Positions 27,097 through 36,104 of a DNA stretch of 64,000 nt are shown one piece after another. The notes under the pieces are model-generated. The model searched no databases. It worked only from the letters and a program-made list of their open reading frames with translations, and had not been told where the DNA came from. Within the stretch, counting starts at the first letter, position 1. Each line of letters begins with the position of its first letter. This stretch comes from Actinomycetota bacterium (GTDB lineage: Bacteria; Actinomycetota; Thermoleophilia; Solirubrobacterales; 70-9): NCBI GenBank assembly GCA_016870325.1, contig VGBV01000001.1, positions 3,349 through 67,348 on the forward strand. Direction: 5' to 3'. The translations under genes were made by a program, and so were the position numbers.

Positions 27097-27756
27097 TCAG
27101 GCTCTCTCGACCGCGTTGCCCCGGCCGACCAGCACCTCGGCCACCATCGCAGGCGGGAACAGCCCGTGGTCGACGACGCCGGGGATCGCCGACAGCCTCG
27201 CGGCCAGCTCGGCCGGGTCGCCGACGTCGCCGCGCAGGTCGGCGATCACACCGCCGTCGGGGCTGGGAGGGGTGTCGGGGCGCGGCGCGACCTCGCCCAG
27301 CTCGGCGCCGAGCCGGGCCAGGGTCGAGGCGAGGCCGAAGGCGTGCAGCTCGAGCGGGATCGGTGCCGCGATCCGCTCCACGGTCTTGGAGGAGTCGGCG
27401 ATGACGATGAAGCGCTCTGCGGCCGCGGCTACGATCTTCTCGCGCGTGTGGGCGCCGCCGCCGCCCTTGACCAGCCAGCGGTCGGGCGCGATCTGGTCGG
27501 CGCCGTCGATCGCGATGTCGAGCCGCTCCAGCGAGTCGAACTCCTCGACCGGGATCCCCAGCCCCCGTGCCTGCTCGGAAGTCGCGACCGAGGTCGCCAC
27601 GCAGCGGATCCCGATCAGGCCGCGATTCGCCACGGCCGGCAGCAGGTGGGCGACCGTGGAGCCCGTACCGAGGCCGACGGTCATCCCCTCCTCGACCAAC
27701 TCGGCGGCAGCCTCGGCGGCGAGTCTCTTCTCTGCGTCCAGATTCGAATCGTTCAC
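27097..27756 (-). CDS. rpiA: ribose-5-phosphate isomerase A
   Basis: VGLGTGSTV, AIDGADQI, KGGGGAHTREKI. GTG start at 27756. Confidence 0.92.
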   Translation of the reverse strand: MNDSNLDAEKRLAAEAAAELVEEGMTVGLGTGSTVAHLLPAVANRGLIGIRCVATSVATSEQARGLGIPVEEFDSLERLDIAIDGADQIAPDRWLVKGGGGAHTREKIVAAAAERFIVIADSSKTVERIAAPIPLELHAFGLASTLARLGAELGEVAPRPDTPPSPDGGVIADLRGDVGDPAELAARLSAIPGVVDHGLFPPAMVAEVLVGRGNAVERA

Positions 27757-27791
27757 GACGCCGGGGAATCTAAGCCTTAGGATCCACGCGC
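27757..27791. promoter_or_regulatory. 35-bp divergent rpiA/tkt spacer, possibly leaderless promoters
   Basis: Only 35 bp separate the two start codons. TAGGAT (27778-27783) lies 8 nt before the tkt ATG, and TAGATT on the other strand lies 10 nt before the rpiA GTG. A CTAAG-C-CTTAG inverted repeat is also present. Confidence 0.25.
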
Positions 27792-29858
27792 ATGAGTCCC
27801 CCCGACCCCGAGAGCCCGGCCGAGATCGACCAGCTCGCGATCAACACGATCAGGACGCTGTCGATGGACGCCATCCAGAAGGCGAACTCGGGGCACCCGG
27901 GGACGCCGATGGCTCTGGCGCCGCTGGCCTACGTGCTCTGGCAGCGCTACCTGCGCTTCGACCCCGCCGACCCGATCTGGCCCAACCGGGACCGCTTCGT
28001 GCTCTCGGCGGGGCACGCCTCGATGCTGCTCTACTCGCTGCTCTACCTGGCCCAGGTGAAGGCGGTCGATCCCGACTACGAGGTCGAGGGGACCCTGGCC
28101 GTCGGCCTCGACGACATCAAGCGGTTCCGCCAGCTCGACTCGAAAACGCCCGGGCACCCCGAGTACCGCTGGACCTCGGGGGTCGAGACCACGACCGGGC
28201 CGCTGGGCCAGGGCATCGCCACCAGCGTCGGCATGGCGGTCGCGGCGCAGTGGCAGGCCGCCCACTTCAACAGGCCCGGGTCCGATCTGTTCGGCTTCGA
28301 CGTCTACGCGGTCGCCGGCGACGGCTGCCTGATGGAGGGGGTCTCGAGCGAGGCGGCCTCTTTCGCGGGGCACCAGAAGCTCTCCAACCTCTGCTGGGTC
28401 TACGACAACAACCACATCACGATCGATGGGCACACCTCGATCACCTACGAGGACGACGTCCAGGCCCGCTTCGAGGGCTATCAGTGGAACGTGACCCGGG
28501 TCGAGGACGCCAACGACCTGGAGATGATCGCCCGCGGCTTCGACAACTTCCGCGCCGAGGAGCAGCGGCCGACGCTGATCATCGTCGACTCCCACATCGG
28601 CTACGGCTCCCCCCACAAGCAGGACACCGCCGAGGCGCACGGCGAGCCCCTCGGCGACGAGGAGGTGCGTGAGACGAAGAAGTTCTACGGCTGGCCCGAG
28701 GACGCCGAGTTCCTCGTCCCCGACGGCGTCATCGAGCACTTCGCCGATGGGATCGGCAAGCGCGGCGCCGAGCTCAACGCCGCCTGGGAGGAGCTGTTCG
28801 CCGCCTACGCGAAGCAGGAGCCCGAGGCGGCGGCGCACCTGGAGGCGATGCAGCGCCGCGAGCTCCCCGAGGGTTGGGACGCCGAGATCCCGAGCTTCGA
28901 GGCCGACCCCAAGGGGACGGCGACCCGCAAGGCGTCGAACAAGGTCGAGAACGCGGTCGCGGCCAGGATCCCCTGGCTGCTGCCGGGCGCCGCGGACCTG
29001 ACCGGGTCGAACGCGGTCGGGCTCGACGGCGCCAAGGCCTTCGAGCCCGAGAACCGCGACGGCCGCCAGTTCCACTACGGCATCCGGGAGCACGAGTCGG
29101 CGGCGATCTCGAACGGTCTCTCGCTCTCGAAGCTGCGGCCCCTGTGGTCCACCTACCTGACCTTCTCCGACTACGCCCGGCCCGCGATCCGGCTCTCCGC
29201 CTTGATGGAACTGCCGGTCATCCACCTCTTCACCCACGACTCGATCGGCCTCGGCGAGGACGGCCCCACCCACCAGCCGGTCGAGCAGCTCGCCTCGCTG
29301 CGCGCGATCCCTGGCCTCGACGTGATCCGGCCCTGCGACGCGAACGAGACCGCCGAGGCCTGGCGGGAGGCGATGGACCGCCGCCACCAGCCGGTGGCGC
29401 TGGTGCTGACGCGCCAGGACGTGCCCACGCTCGACCGCTCCAAGTACGGCTCGGCCGACGGCCTGCGGCGCGGCGGTTACGTGCTCGCCGACCATGACGG
29501 CGGAGGGGACCCCGAGGTGATCCTGATCGCGACCGGCAGCGAGGTGGCGCTTGCGGTCGAGGCCCACGAGAGTCTGCTCGCGGACGGGATCGCCTCGCGC
29601 GTGGTCAGCCTGCCGTGCTGGGAGCTGTTCTACCGCCAGGACGACGCCTACAAGGACGAGGTGCTGCCGCCCTCGGTGCGCGCGCGGGTCTCCGTCGAGG
29701 AGGCCTCTACCCTGGGTTGGGACCGCTGGGTCGGGCCCGACGGCACCAAGATCGGGATGCACACCTTCGGGTCCTCGGCCCCGCTCAAGGACCTGCAGTC
29801 GAAGTTCGGGTTCACGCCAGACAAGATCGCCGAGGCCGCCAAGGAGGTCATCGCATGA
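27792..29858 (+). CDS. tkt: transketolase
   Basis: [32 protein letters not shown]. Confidence 0.96.
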   Translation: MSPPDPESPAEIDQLAINTIRTLSMDAIQKANSGHPGTPMALAPLAYVLWQRYLRFDPADPIWPNRDRFVLSAGHASMLLYSLLYLAQVKAVDPDYEVEGTLAVGLDDIKRFRQLDSKTPGHPEYRWTSGVETTTGPLGQGIATSVGMAVAAQWQAAHFNRPGSDLFGFDVYAVAGDGCLMEGVSSEAASFAGHQKLSNLCWVYDNNHITIDGHTSITYEDDVQARFEGYQWNVTRVEDANDLEMIARGFDNFRAEEQRPTLIIVDSHIGYGSPHKQDTAEAHGEPLGDEEVRETKKFYGWPEDAEFLVPDGVIEHFADGIGKRGAELNAAWEELFAAYAKQEPEAAAHLEAMQRRELPEGWDAEIPSFEADPKGTATRKASNKVENAVAARIPWLLPGAADLTGSNAVGLDGAKAFEPENRDGRQFHYGIREHESAAISNGLSLSKLRPLWSTYLTFSDYARPAIRLSALMELPVIHLFTHDSIGLGEDGPTHQPVEQLASLRAIPGLDVIRPCDANETAEAWREAMDRRHQPVALVLTRQDVPTLDRSKYGSADGLRRGGYVLADHDGGGDPEVILIATGSEVALAVEAHESLLADGIASRVVSLPCWELFYRQDDAYKDEVLPPSVRARVSVEEASTLGWDRWVGPDGTKIGMHTFGSSAPLKDLQSKFGFTPDKIAEAAKEVIA

Positions 29859-30943
29859 AGGCCACGCAGATGCTCCACGACCTGGGCCAGAGCCTCTGGC
29901 TCGACTACATCACCCGGGGGATCCTCGACGACGGCACCCTCGACGGCTACATCCGCGACCTCTCCGTCACCGGCCTCACCTCCAACCCGACGATCTTCGA
30001 CAAGGCGGTCACCGGCTCGGACGCCTACGACGATCAGATCGCCGAGCTGCGCGAGCAGGGGCTGGAGCCCGAGCCGCTCTTCTTCGAGCTCGCGATCGCC
30101 GACCTGCGCCGCGCCGCCGACTCGTTCAAGGCCGTGCACGAGCAGACCGACGGCGTCGACGGCATGGTCTCGCTCGAGGTCTCGCCGAAGCTCGCCTACG
30201 ACACCGAGGCCACGGTGAAGCAGGCCGCCGAGCTGCATGCAAGAGCCGAGCGCCCCAACCTGTTCATCAAGATCCCCGGGACGCCCGCGGGGCTGCCCGC
30301 GATCGAGCAGACGATCTACGCCGGCGTCCCCGTCAACGTCACCCTGCTGTTCGACAGCGAGGACCACTTGGCGGCCGCCGACGCCTACATGAAGGGGATC
30401 GAGCGGCGCATCGCCGACGGGCTCGATCCCGACGTGCGCTCGGTCGCCTCGATCTTCATGAGCCGCTGGGACGTCGCCGCCGCCAAGGACGGACAGCCCG
30501 AGGAGCTCACCAACCAGCTCGGGATCGCCGTCGGCCGCAAGGCCTACGCCGGCTACGTGGAGATGCTCGCCTCGGAGCGGATGCAGAAGCTGGAGAGCGA
30601 GGGCGGGCGGCCGCAGCGCCTGCTCTGGGCCTCGACCGGGACCAAGGACCCCGACGCCTCCGACACCCTCTACATCGAGGCCTTCGCCTCGCCCAACACG
30701 GTCAACACGATGCCCGAGGACACGCTGCTCGTCTTCGCCGACCACGGCACGGTCGGCGAGCCGATGCCGCCCGACGGCGGCGACGCCGACGAGGTGCTGG
30801 CCCAGTTCGAGCAGGCCGGGATCGGCGTGGACGCCCTGGCCGAGCGCCTGCAGAAGGAGGGCGCCGACGCCTTCGTCAAGTCCTGGGAGGACCTGATCGG
30901 ATCGATCAGCTCCGAGGCCGAGCGGCTGGCGTCGAAGGGCTAG
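29855..30943 (+). CDS. tal: transaldolase (long actinobacterial type)
   Basis: ATG overlaps the tkt stop (ATGA). QSLWLDYITR, TSNPTIF, FIKIPGT (Schiff-base Lys). Confidence 0.93.
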   Translation: MKATQMLHDLGQSLWLDYITRGILDDGTLDGYIRDLSVTGLTSNPTIFDKAVTGSDAYDDQIAELREQGLEPEPLFFELAIADLRRAADSFKAVHEQTDGVDGMVSLEVSPKLAYDTEATVKQAAELHARAERPNLFIKIPGTPAGLPAIEQTIYAGVPVNVTLLFDSEDHLAAADAYMKGIERRIADGLDPDVRSVASIFMSRWDVAAAKDGQPEELTNQLGIAVGRKAYAGYVEMLASERMQKLESEGGRPQRLLWASTGTKDPDASDTLYIEAFASPNTVNTMPEDTLLVFADHGTVGEPMPPDGGDADEVLAQFEQAGIGVDALAERLQKEGADAFVKSWEDLIGSISSEAERLASKG

Positions 30944-31440
30944 CCGTCCTATTCCCGAAGTTCTCCCAACAACTCGGCCTCATCCCACGCTCCCCATCTT
31001 GCGGGCGCCGAAGACGACATCCGCCGGCACCCTGCCCGTCGCCAGGCGCCCGGTATGGGCGCGATCGTGGTTGCAGTAGCCCAGGTACTCGTCGAGGTCG
31101 CGGTGCAGGGCGGTGATCTTCGGCGAGCGCGAGCGCGAGAGGGCGGGGCGCCAGCACTCCTCGGGGATCGTCAGCTGCACCCGCTCGGCGCAGCCGTTTG
31201 AGTTCGGCCGCCCGGCCTTGATCTTGCGCTGGGTGGCGCCCTCGGCCTCGACCGCCTGACCGAAGAGCCTCGAGCGGAACTCCGAGCCGTTGTCCAGGCA
31301 TGAAAGTCCCGGCGGTCCCGCCGCGAGGATCACGGTCCTCCGGGCAACGGGGCAGATAACGGGAGAGCAGGCAGGGCAGGCCGCTTTGCGCGATGGGCCG
31401 CGAGCCCGACCTTTCGGTGGCCGCCCCTGCGACCCGCCCG
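30944..31440 (-). mobile_element. IS remnant copy C: longest copy, DDE (rve) transposase C-terminal half plus the IS terminus
   Basis: The terminus CCGTCCTATTCCCGAAG starts immediately after the tal TAG. Encodes LDNGSEFRSRLFGQAVEAEGATQRKIKAGRPNSNGCAERVQLTIPEECW..GSVG. Upstream of about 31350 the frame decays. Confidence 0.8.
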
Positions 31441-31516
31441 GGTGTGCCGAGAGCACGAATCCGTCTGTGTCGTTCGCCCGCCGGTTCTCCACCGCAACCC
31501 GGCAAAGGAGGACCAA

Positions 31517-31690
31517 GTGGGAGATATCGGCCTGGACGTCCACCGCGACTTCTGCGAGGTCGCGATTGCCGAGGAGGGCGGGGTGAGAGCCGCGGGTCGG
31601 ATCGAGAGCCGTCCGGAGGCGGTCGAGCTCTTCGTCCAGAGCCTCGCAGCCGATGACCAGGTGGTGCTCGAGGCGACCTTCGGCGCGGCC
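31517..31690 (+). mobile_element. IS110-family transposase N-terminal fragment
   Basis: RBS AAAGGAGGA followed by GTG 31517. Reads VGDIGLDVHRDFCEVAIAEEGGVRAAGRIESRPEAVELFVQSLAADDQVVLEAT (DEDD N-terminal motif), then homology is lost. Confidence 0.65.
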
Positions 31691-31766
31691 GGGCGCCGCT
31701 GGCTCGCCGACGTCGAGCTGCCTGCAGGCCTCCGAGATGTTGCCCTTCTCCTCGGCGGGGCTCAGC

Positions 31767-31922
31767 GACTGGCCCGGCGGCGGCGTGATCGGGGTCCACG
31801 GCACCGACGAGCCGGGGCTGATCCCCGGCCGCGTCTCGCACGGCTGCGTGCGGCTGCGGAACGGTGACGTCAACCGCCTGCGGCGGCTGATGGGCCTCGG
31901 CACCCCGATCCTGATCCGCTGA
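31767..31922 (+). pseudogene. second L,D-transpeptidase (YkuD) C-terminal fragment
   Basis: DWPGGGVIGVHGTDEPGLIPGRVSHGCVRLRNGDVNRLRRLMGLGTPILIR, with the catalytic HGT and SHGC motifs. No N-terminal part is present. Confidence 0.6.
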
Positions 31923-31970
31923 CAGGATCTTGGCCGGCCGCGACCGGGGACGGATAGGCTACCGTCTCGG

Positions 31971-33644
31971 ATGTCCTCAGCGCCCGCCCCCGACCTGCGC
32001 AGCGCCGCCGCCTGGAAGGCGCTCGAGGAGCACTACGCGCAGATCGAGCCCCGCCACCTGCGCGAGCTGTTCGCCGAGGAGCCCGACCGCGGCGAGACGA
32101 TGGTCGCCGAGGGTGCCGGGCTGCTGCTCGACTACTCGAAGCACCGTGTCACCGGCGAGACGCTCGGGCTGTTGCTCGACCTCGCCGGCGAGCGGGGTGT
32201 GGAGCAGCGCCGCGACGCGATGTTCGCGGGCGAGCACATCAACGTCAGCGAGGACCGCGCGGTGCTGCACGTGGCGCTGCGGATGCCGAAGGGACGCTCG
32301 CTGATCGTGGATGGCGAGGACGTGGTCAAACAGGTGCACGAGACGCTCGACCGCATGGCGGATTTCTCCAACCGGGTGCGGAGCGGCGATTGGACCGGTC
32401 ACACCGGCAAGCGCATCCGCAACGTGATCAACGTCGGTATCGGCGGCTCGGATCTGGGCCCGGTGATGGCCTACGAGGCGCTGCGACACTACTCCCAGCG
32501 CGAGATGACCTTCCGCTTCGTCTCCAACGTCGACGGCACCGATTTCGCCGAGAAGACCCGCGACCTCGATCCCGAGCAGACGCTGTTCGTGATCTCCTCG
32601 AAGACGTTCACGACGCTGGAGACGATGACCAACGCCCACACCGCGCGCGAGTGGGCGCTGGCGTCCCTCGGCGACGAGGCCGCGATCGCCAGGCACTTCG
32701 TCGCCGTCTCCACCAACGCCGAGGAGGTGTCGAAGTTCGGCATCGACACCGACAACATGTTCGGCTTCTGGGAGTGGATCGGCGGCCGCTACTCGATGGA
32801 CTCGGCGATCGGGCTCTCGACGATGCTCGCGATCGGATCCGAGCGGTTCGCCGAGATGCTGGCCGGCTTCCACGCGGTGGACGAGCACTTCACCGAGGCG
32901 CCGCTGGAGTCGAACCTGCCGGCGCTGATGGGCCTGCTGAACGTCTGGTACGGCGACTTCTTCGGAGCGCAGACGGTCGCGGTGCTGCCGTACGACCAGT
33001 ACCTGCATCGTTTCCCGGCCTACCTGCAGCAGCTGACGATGGAGTCGAACGGCAAGCACGTCACTCTCGACGGCGCCCGCGTCGACTACGACACGGGAGC
33101 CATCTTCTGGGGCGAGCCGGGCACCAACGGTCAGCACTCCTTCTACCAGCTGATCCATCAGGGGACGCGCCTGATCCCCTGCGACTTCATCGGCTTCTAC
33201 CGCTCGCTGAATCCGCTGCCGGCCGACGCCGGCGCCTCGGGCGTCGTGGGCGCGAGCCACCAGGACCTGCTGTTCTCCAACGTGCTGGCCCAGCCCGAGG
33301 CGCTCGCCTTCGGCAAGACCCCCGAGCAGGTCAAGCGGGAGGGAACCCCCGACGCGGTGGTCCCCCACCGGGTGATGGAGGGGAGCAGGCCCTCTTCGGT
33401 GATCCTCGCCGATGAGCTCTCGCCGCGCACGCTGGGAAGCCTGATCGCGCTGTACGAGCACAGCGTCTTCACCCAGGGAGCGATCTGGGGGATCGACTCT
33501 TTCGACCAGTGGGGGGTCGAGCTGGGCAAGGCCCTGGCCAGGAACATCATCCCCGAGCTGACCGCCCCCGAGGAGCCGGACCTCGGCCACGACAGCTCGA
33601 CCAACGCGCTGATCCGCCGCTACCGCGCTAACCGCGCCGGCTGA
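31971..33644 (+). CDS. pgi: glucose-6-phosphate isomerase
   Basis: [38 protein letters not shown]. Confidence 0.96.
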   Translation: MSSAPAPDLRSAAAWKALEEHYAQIEPRHLRELFAEEPDRGETMVAEGAGLLLDYSKHRVTGETLGLLLDLAGERGVEQRRDAMFAGEHINVSEDRAVLHVALRMPKGRSLIVDGEDVVKQVHETLDRMADFSNRVRSGDWTGHTGKRIRNVINVGIGGSDLGPVMAYEALRHYSQREMTFRFVSNVDGTDFAEKTRDLDPEQTLFVISSKTFTTLETMTNAHTAREWALASLGDEAAIARHFVAVSTNAEEVSKFGIDTDNMFGFWEWIGGRYSMDSAIGLSTMLAIGSERFAEMLAGFHAVDEHFTEAPLESNLPALMGLLNVWYGDFFGAQTVAVLPYDQYLHRFPAYLQQLTMESNGKHVTLDGARVDYDTGAIFWGEPGTNGQHSFYQLIHQGTRLIPCDFIGFYRSLNPLPADAGASGVVGASHQDLLFSNVLAQPEALAFGKTPEQVKREGTPDAVVPHRVMEGSRPSSVILADELSPRTLGSLIALYEHSVFTQGAIWGIDSFDQWGVELGKALARNIIPELTAPEEPDLGHDSSTNALIRRYRANRAG

Positions 33645-33645
33645 C

Positions 33646-33936
33646 GTGCGCCGTGCCCTGACAGCGGGCATCGCGCTCGAGCTGCCGGTGGCGGCGTGCG
33701 GTGAGAAGACGATTGACTCCACCCGGGCCGAGGAGACGGTGACGGGGCTGATCGCCGATGAGTCGGGTTTCGAGGCCGAGGGCATGAGCCGCCCCGAGGA
33801 CGTCAAGGCCGAGGTCGGCGAGGAGTTCGAGTGCGAGTTCACCGGGCCCGAGGGCCCCTACGTCGCGTCCGTGGAGATCAGCGAGGCCGACGGCGAGGAC
33901 GCCGTCTTCCAGGTGGTCTCCCGCCGCGCCGACTGA
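33646..33936 (+). CDS. small lipoprotein (DUF4333-like)
   Basis: GTG start 2 nt after the pgi stop. Lipobox LPVAAC. Acidic mature part with ECEF. Family call is tentative. Confidence 0.6.
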   Translation: MRRALTAGIALELPVAACGEKTIDSTRAEETVTGLIADESGFEAEGMSRPEDVKAEVGEEFECEFTGPEGPYVASVEISEADGEDAVFQVVSRRAD

Positions 33937-33955
33937 GACGAGAAAGGAGCAGCAG

Positions 33956-34174
33956 GTGGCCGACGAACAGCTGCAGGGCTTCAAGGAGGGCGACCTGGTC
34001 TGGGTCGAGGACGGCGACGGCCGCCATCACCCAGGCGTCTACGTCGGCGAGAACGAGGCCTCCGGCTGGTTCGGCGGCGGCCCCAGCGCCTACGTCGCCC
34101 ACCCCGAGGCCCATCAGGCCGAGGTCGTCTCGACCTTCCGGATCACCCCGCGCAAGGAGGGCGAGACGCGCTAG
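33956..34174 (+). CDS. hypothetical small protein
   Basis: RBS GAAAGGAG followed by GTG; 72 aa. No family recognised. Confidence 0.5.
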   Translation: MADEQLQGFKEGDLVWVEDGDGRHHPGVYVGENEASGWFGGGPSAYVAHPEAHQAEVVSTFRITPRKEGETR

Positions 34175-34178
34175 CGAC

Positions 34179-34592
34179 TCAGGCGCCGGGGCTGACCCCC
34201 ACGACCTCGAGCCGGTCGATCGCCTCGAAGTCTCCCGGGTTGCACGTGTAGAGAGCGAGCCCGTTCGCCAGCGCCACCGCGGCGATCAGCGAGTCGAACG
34301 TTCGAGCGGCCGCCTTGCGGCCGGCTCGGCGAAGGGAGGCGCAGACGACGCCGAAGTACCGTGCCGCGGCCGAGTCCAGCGGCAGCGCCTCGAAGCTCGC
34401 CTCGGCGGTTTGCAGCTCGGCCAGGCGCCTCGATCGCTCCGCATCCTCCAGGGCGACCAGCGGGCCGACCGAGAGCTCGGCCAGCGTCACCGTGCTGATC
34501 AGCGGGGTGACGGGGAGATCCGCCGGATCGAGGGTCGGGAGGGCGATGACGACGCTCGTATCGAGCATGCCGCGGCTGTCGCCCGCGCTCAC
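34179..34592 (-). CDS. vapC: PIN-domain toxin VapC
   Basis: MLDTSVVI, TLAELS, FDSLIAAVALANG, LYTCNPGDF. GTG 34592 overlaps the antitoxin TGA (GTGA); ATG 34568 is an alternative start. Confidence 0.85.
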   Translation of the reverse strand: MSAGDSRGMLDTSVVIALPTLDPADLPVTPLISTVTLAELSVGPLVALEDAERSRRLAELQTAEASFEALPLDSAAARYFGVVCASLRRAGRKAAARTFDSLIAAVALANGLALYTCNPGDFEAIDRLEVVGVSPGA

Positions 34593-34855
34593 CCGGGGGG
34601 ATCCGTTCTCAGGTTCTTCCACAGGTCGGGCTCGAAGAGCTCGTCGATGTCGGCACGGAAGCGCTCGTAGTCAACCGGCTCGAGGTGGCGGAAGCGCTCC
34701 ACCAGCTCCCTGGAACTGAGTGGCCGGCGCGGCAGCGGCCGCAGTTCGGCGACCGGCTCTCCGTCGCGCGTGACCGTCAGGGTCTCGCCGCCGGCGACAC
34801 GCTCGATCACGGCGCCACCACGGTTTCGCAGCTCTCTGATCGTCACCTTGTCCAT
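34589..34855 (-). CDS. Phd/YefM-family antitoxin
   Basis: MDKVTIRELRNRGGAVIERVAGGETLTVTRDGEPVAEL is the typical Phd N-terminal fold. Located directly upstream of vapC. Confidence 0.85.
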   Translation of the reverse strand: MDKVTIRELRNRGGAVIERVAGGETLTVTRDGEPVAELRPLPRRPLSSRELVERFRHLEPVDYERFRADIDELFEPDLWKNLRTDPPG

Positions 34856-34867
34856 GCGATGGTCAGC

Positions 34868-34883
34868 GTATCACCGGTGATAC
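34868..34883. promoter_or_regulatory. perfect 16-bp palindrome, candidate Phd-VapC operator
   Basis: GTATCACCGGTGATAC lies 13-28 nt upstream of the antitoxin ATG (34855). Confidence 0.5.
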
Positions 34884-34931
34884 ACAAGTCGCGCGGGTCT
34901 GTGCCCAGCCGATCTCAATACGATCGCGGCC

Positions 34932-35612
34932 GTGTCACCGACCGAGGCGATCCTTTTCGACATCGACGGCACTCTGATCGAGAGCGGGGGGGCGAGCGAC
35001 CGCGCCTGGCACCGGGCCTTCTCCGAGCTGCAGGGCGTGGACGTGGAGATCGCCAAGGTGACCGGCAAGGGGGTTCCCGACCCGGCCGTCGGGCGCGAGG
35101 CCTTCGAGGCCGTGATCGGGCGCGAGCCCACGGACGAGGAGATGGAGGCGCTGATGGCCAAGCGCCTCGAGTACCTGCCAGAAGAGGTGGAGGGCTCCGA
35201 GGGCTATCGGGTGATGCCCGGCGTCGAGGCGATCCTCGACAGCCTGATCGAGGACGGGGTCCTGCTCGGCCTCGTGACCGGGAACGTGGAGCCGGCGGCC
35301 CACATCAAGCTCGCTCGGGTCAACCTCAACCGCTTCTTCTCCTTCGGCGGCTACGGCTCGGACTCGCCCGACCGCGGCGAGCTGACCAGGAAGGCGCTCG
35401 AGCGCGGCGGTCTTGTCGCCGGCCGCGAGCTCGATCCCGCCGCATGCTTCTCGATCGGCGACACCCCGCGTGACGTTGACGCCGGGCACTTCGCGGGCAT
35501 CCGCGTCACCGGCGTCGCCACCGGCCGCTACAGCGTCAAGGAGCTGCTCGACGCCGGCGCCGACGCAGCGATCGATAGCTTCGAGCACGGCCTGCCCCTA
35601 CTGAAAGGATGA
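34932..35612 (+). CDS. HAD-family hydrolase (phosphoglycolate phosphatase-like)
   Basis: ILFDIDGTLIES, LVTGN, IGDTPRDVDAG. Confidence 0.85.
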   Translation: MSPTEAILFDIDGTLIESGGASDRAWHRAFSELQGVDVEIAKVTGKGVPDPAVGREAFEAVIGREPTDEEMEALMAKRLEYLPEEVEGSEGYRVMPGVEAILDSLIEDGVLLGLVTGNVEPAAHIKLARVNLNRFFSFGGYGSDSPDRGELTRKALERGGLVAGRELDPAACFSIGDTPRDVDAGHFAGIRVTGVATGRYSVKELLDAGADAAIDSFEHGLPLLKG

Positions 35613-36025
35613 ACCGCATGGAACGAGGCACGAGTCACGGCGGCGCCTGGGCGACCTGGGTCGCCTTCGCCGGAATCATGATGATCACGCTCGGCATCTT
35701 CGACGTGCTCGGGGGCTTCACCGCCCTCGTCAGCGACGACTACTTCGCGGTCACCAAGGACGGGCTGCTGATCGAGAACTACAAGGTCTTCGGCTTCATC
35801 CACCTCGTCTTCGGCGTGCTGCTGGTCGCGGTCGGCTGGGCGCTGCTGCAGCTGCGCACCTGGGCCCGCATCACCGCGCTGGTCCTGGTCATCGCCAACG
35901 CCGCGCTCCACGTCGCCTTCCTCAACGCGCAGCCGATCTGGTCCCTGATCATGGTCGCGATCGACGTACTGATCATCTACGCGCTGACCGTCCGCTGGGA
36001 GGACGTCAAGCGCGCCGGAATGTAG
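35609..36025 (+). CDS. small integral membrane protein (4 predicted TM segments)
   Basis: ATG overlaps the upstream TGA (ATGA). Has four hydrophobic stretches. No family confidently recognised. Confidence 0.65.
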   Translation: MNRMERGTSHGGAWATWVAFAGIMMITLGIFDVLGGFTALVSDDYFAVTKDGLLIENYKVFGFIHLVFGVLLVAVGWALLQLRTWARITALVLVIANAALHVAFLNAQPIWSLIMVAIDVLIIYALTVRWEDVKRAGM

Positions 36026-36033
36026 GCGCGGGG

Positions 36034-36081
36034 CCGAGTGGACGTCGATCCGGGCCATGGCCCGGATCGACGTCCACTCGG
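36034..36081. terminator. 48-bp perfect palindrome (23-bp arms) between convergent genes
   Basis: CCGAGTGGACGTCGATCCGGGCC-AT-GGCCCGGATCGACGTCCACTCGG. Confidence 0.55.
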
Positions 36082-36104
36082 GGTGACGCCGTAGCTCTGA
36101 ATGC

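Noticed and set aside
7710-31440. IS copies A and C as the ends of a 23-kb composite transposon.
   Set aside because: Both copies lack transposase catalytic regions and outer ends. The enclosed DNA carries core metabolism (zwf, gnd, pgl, rpiA, tkt, tal). An old inversion or deletions are more plausible than a mobile unit.
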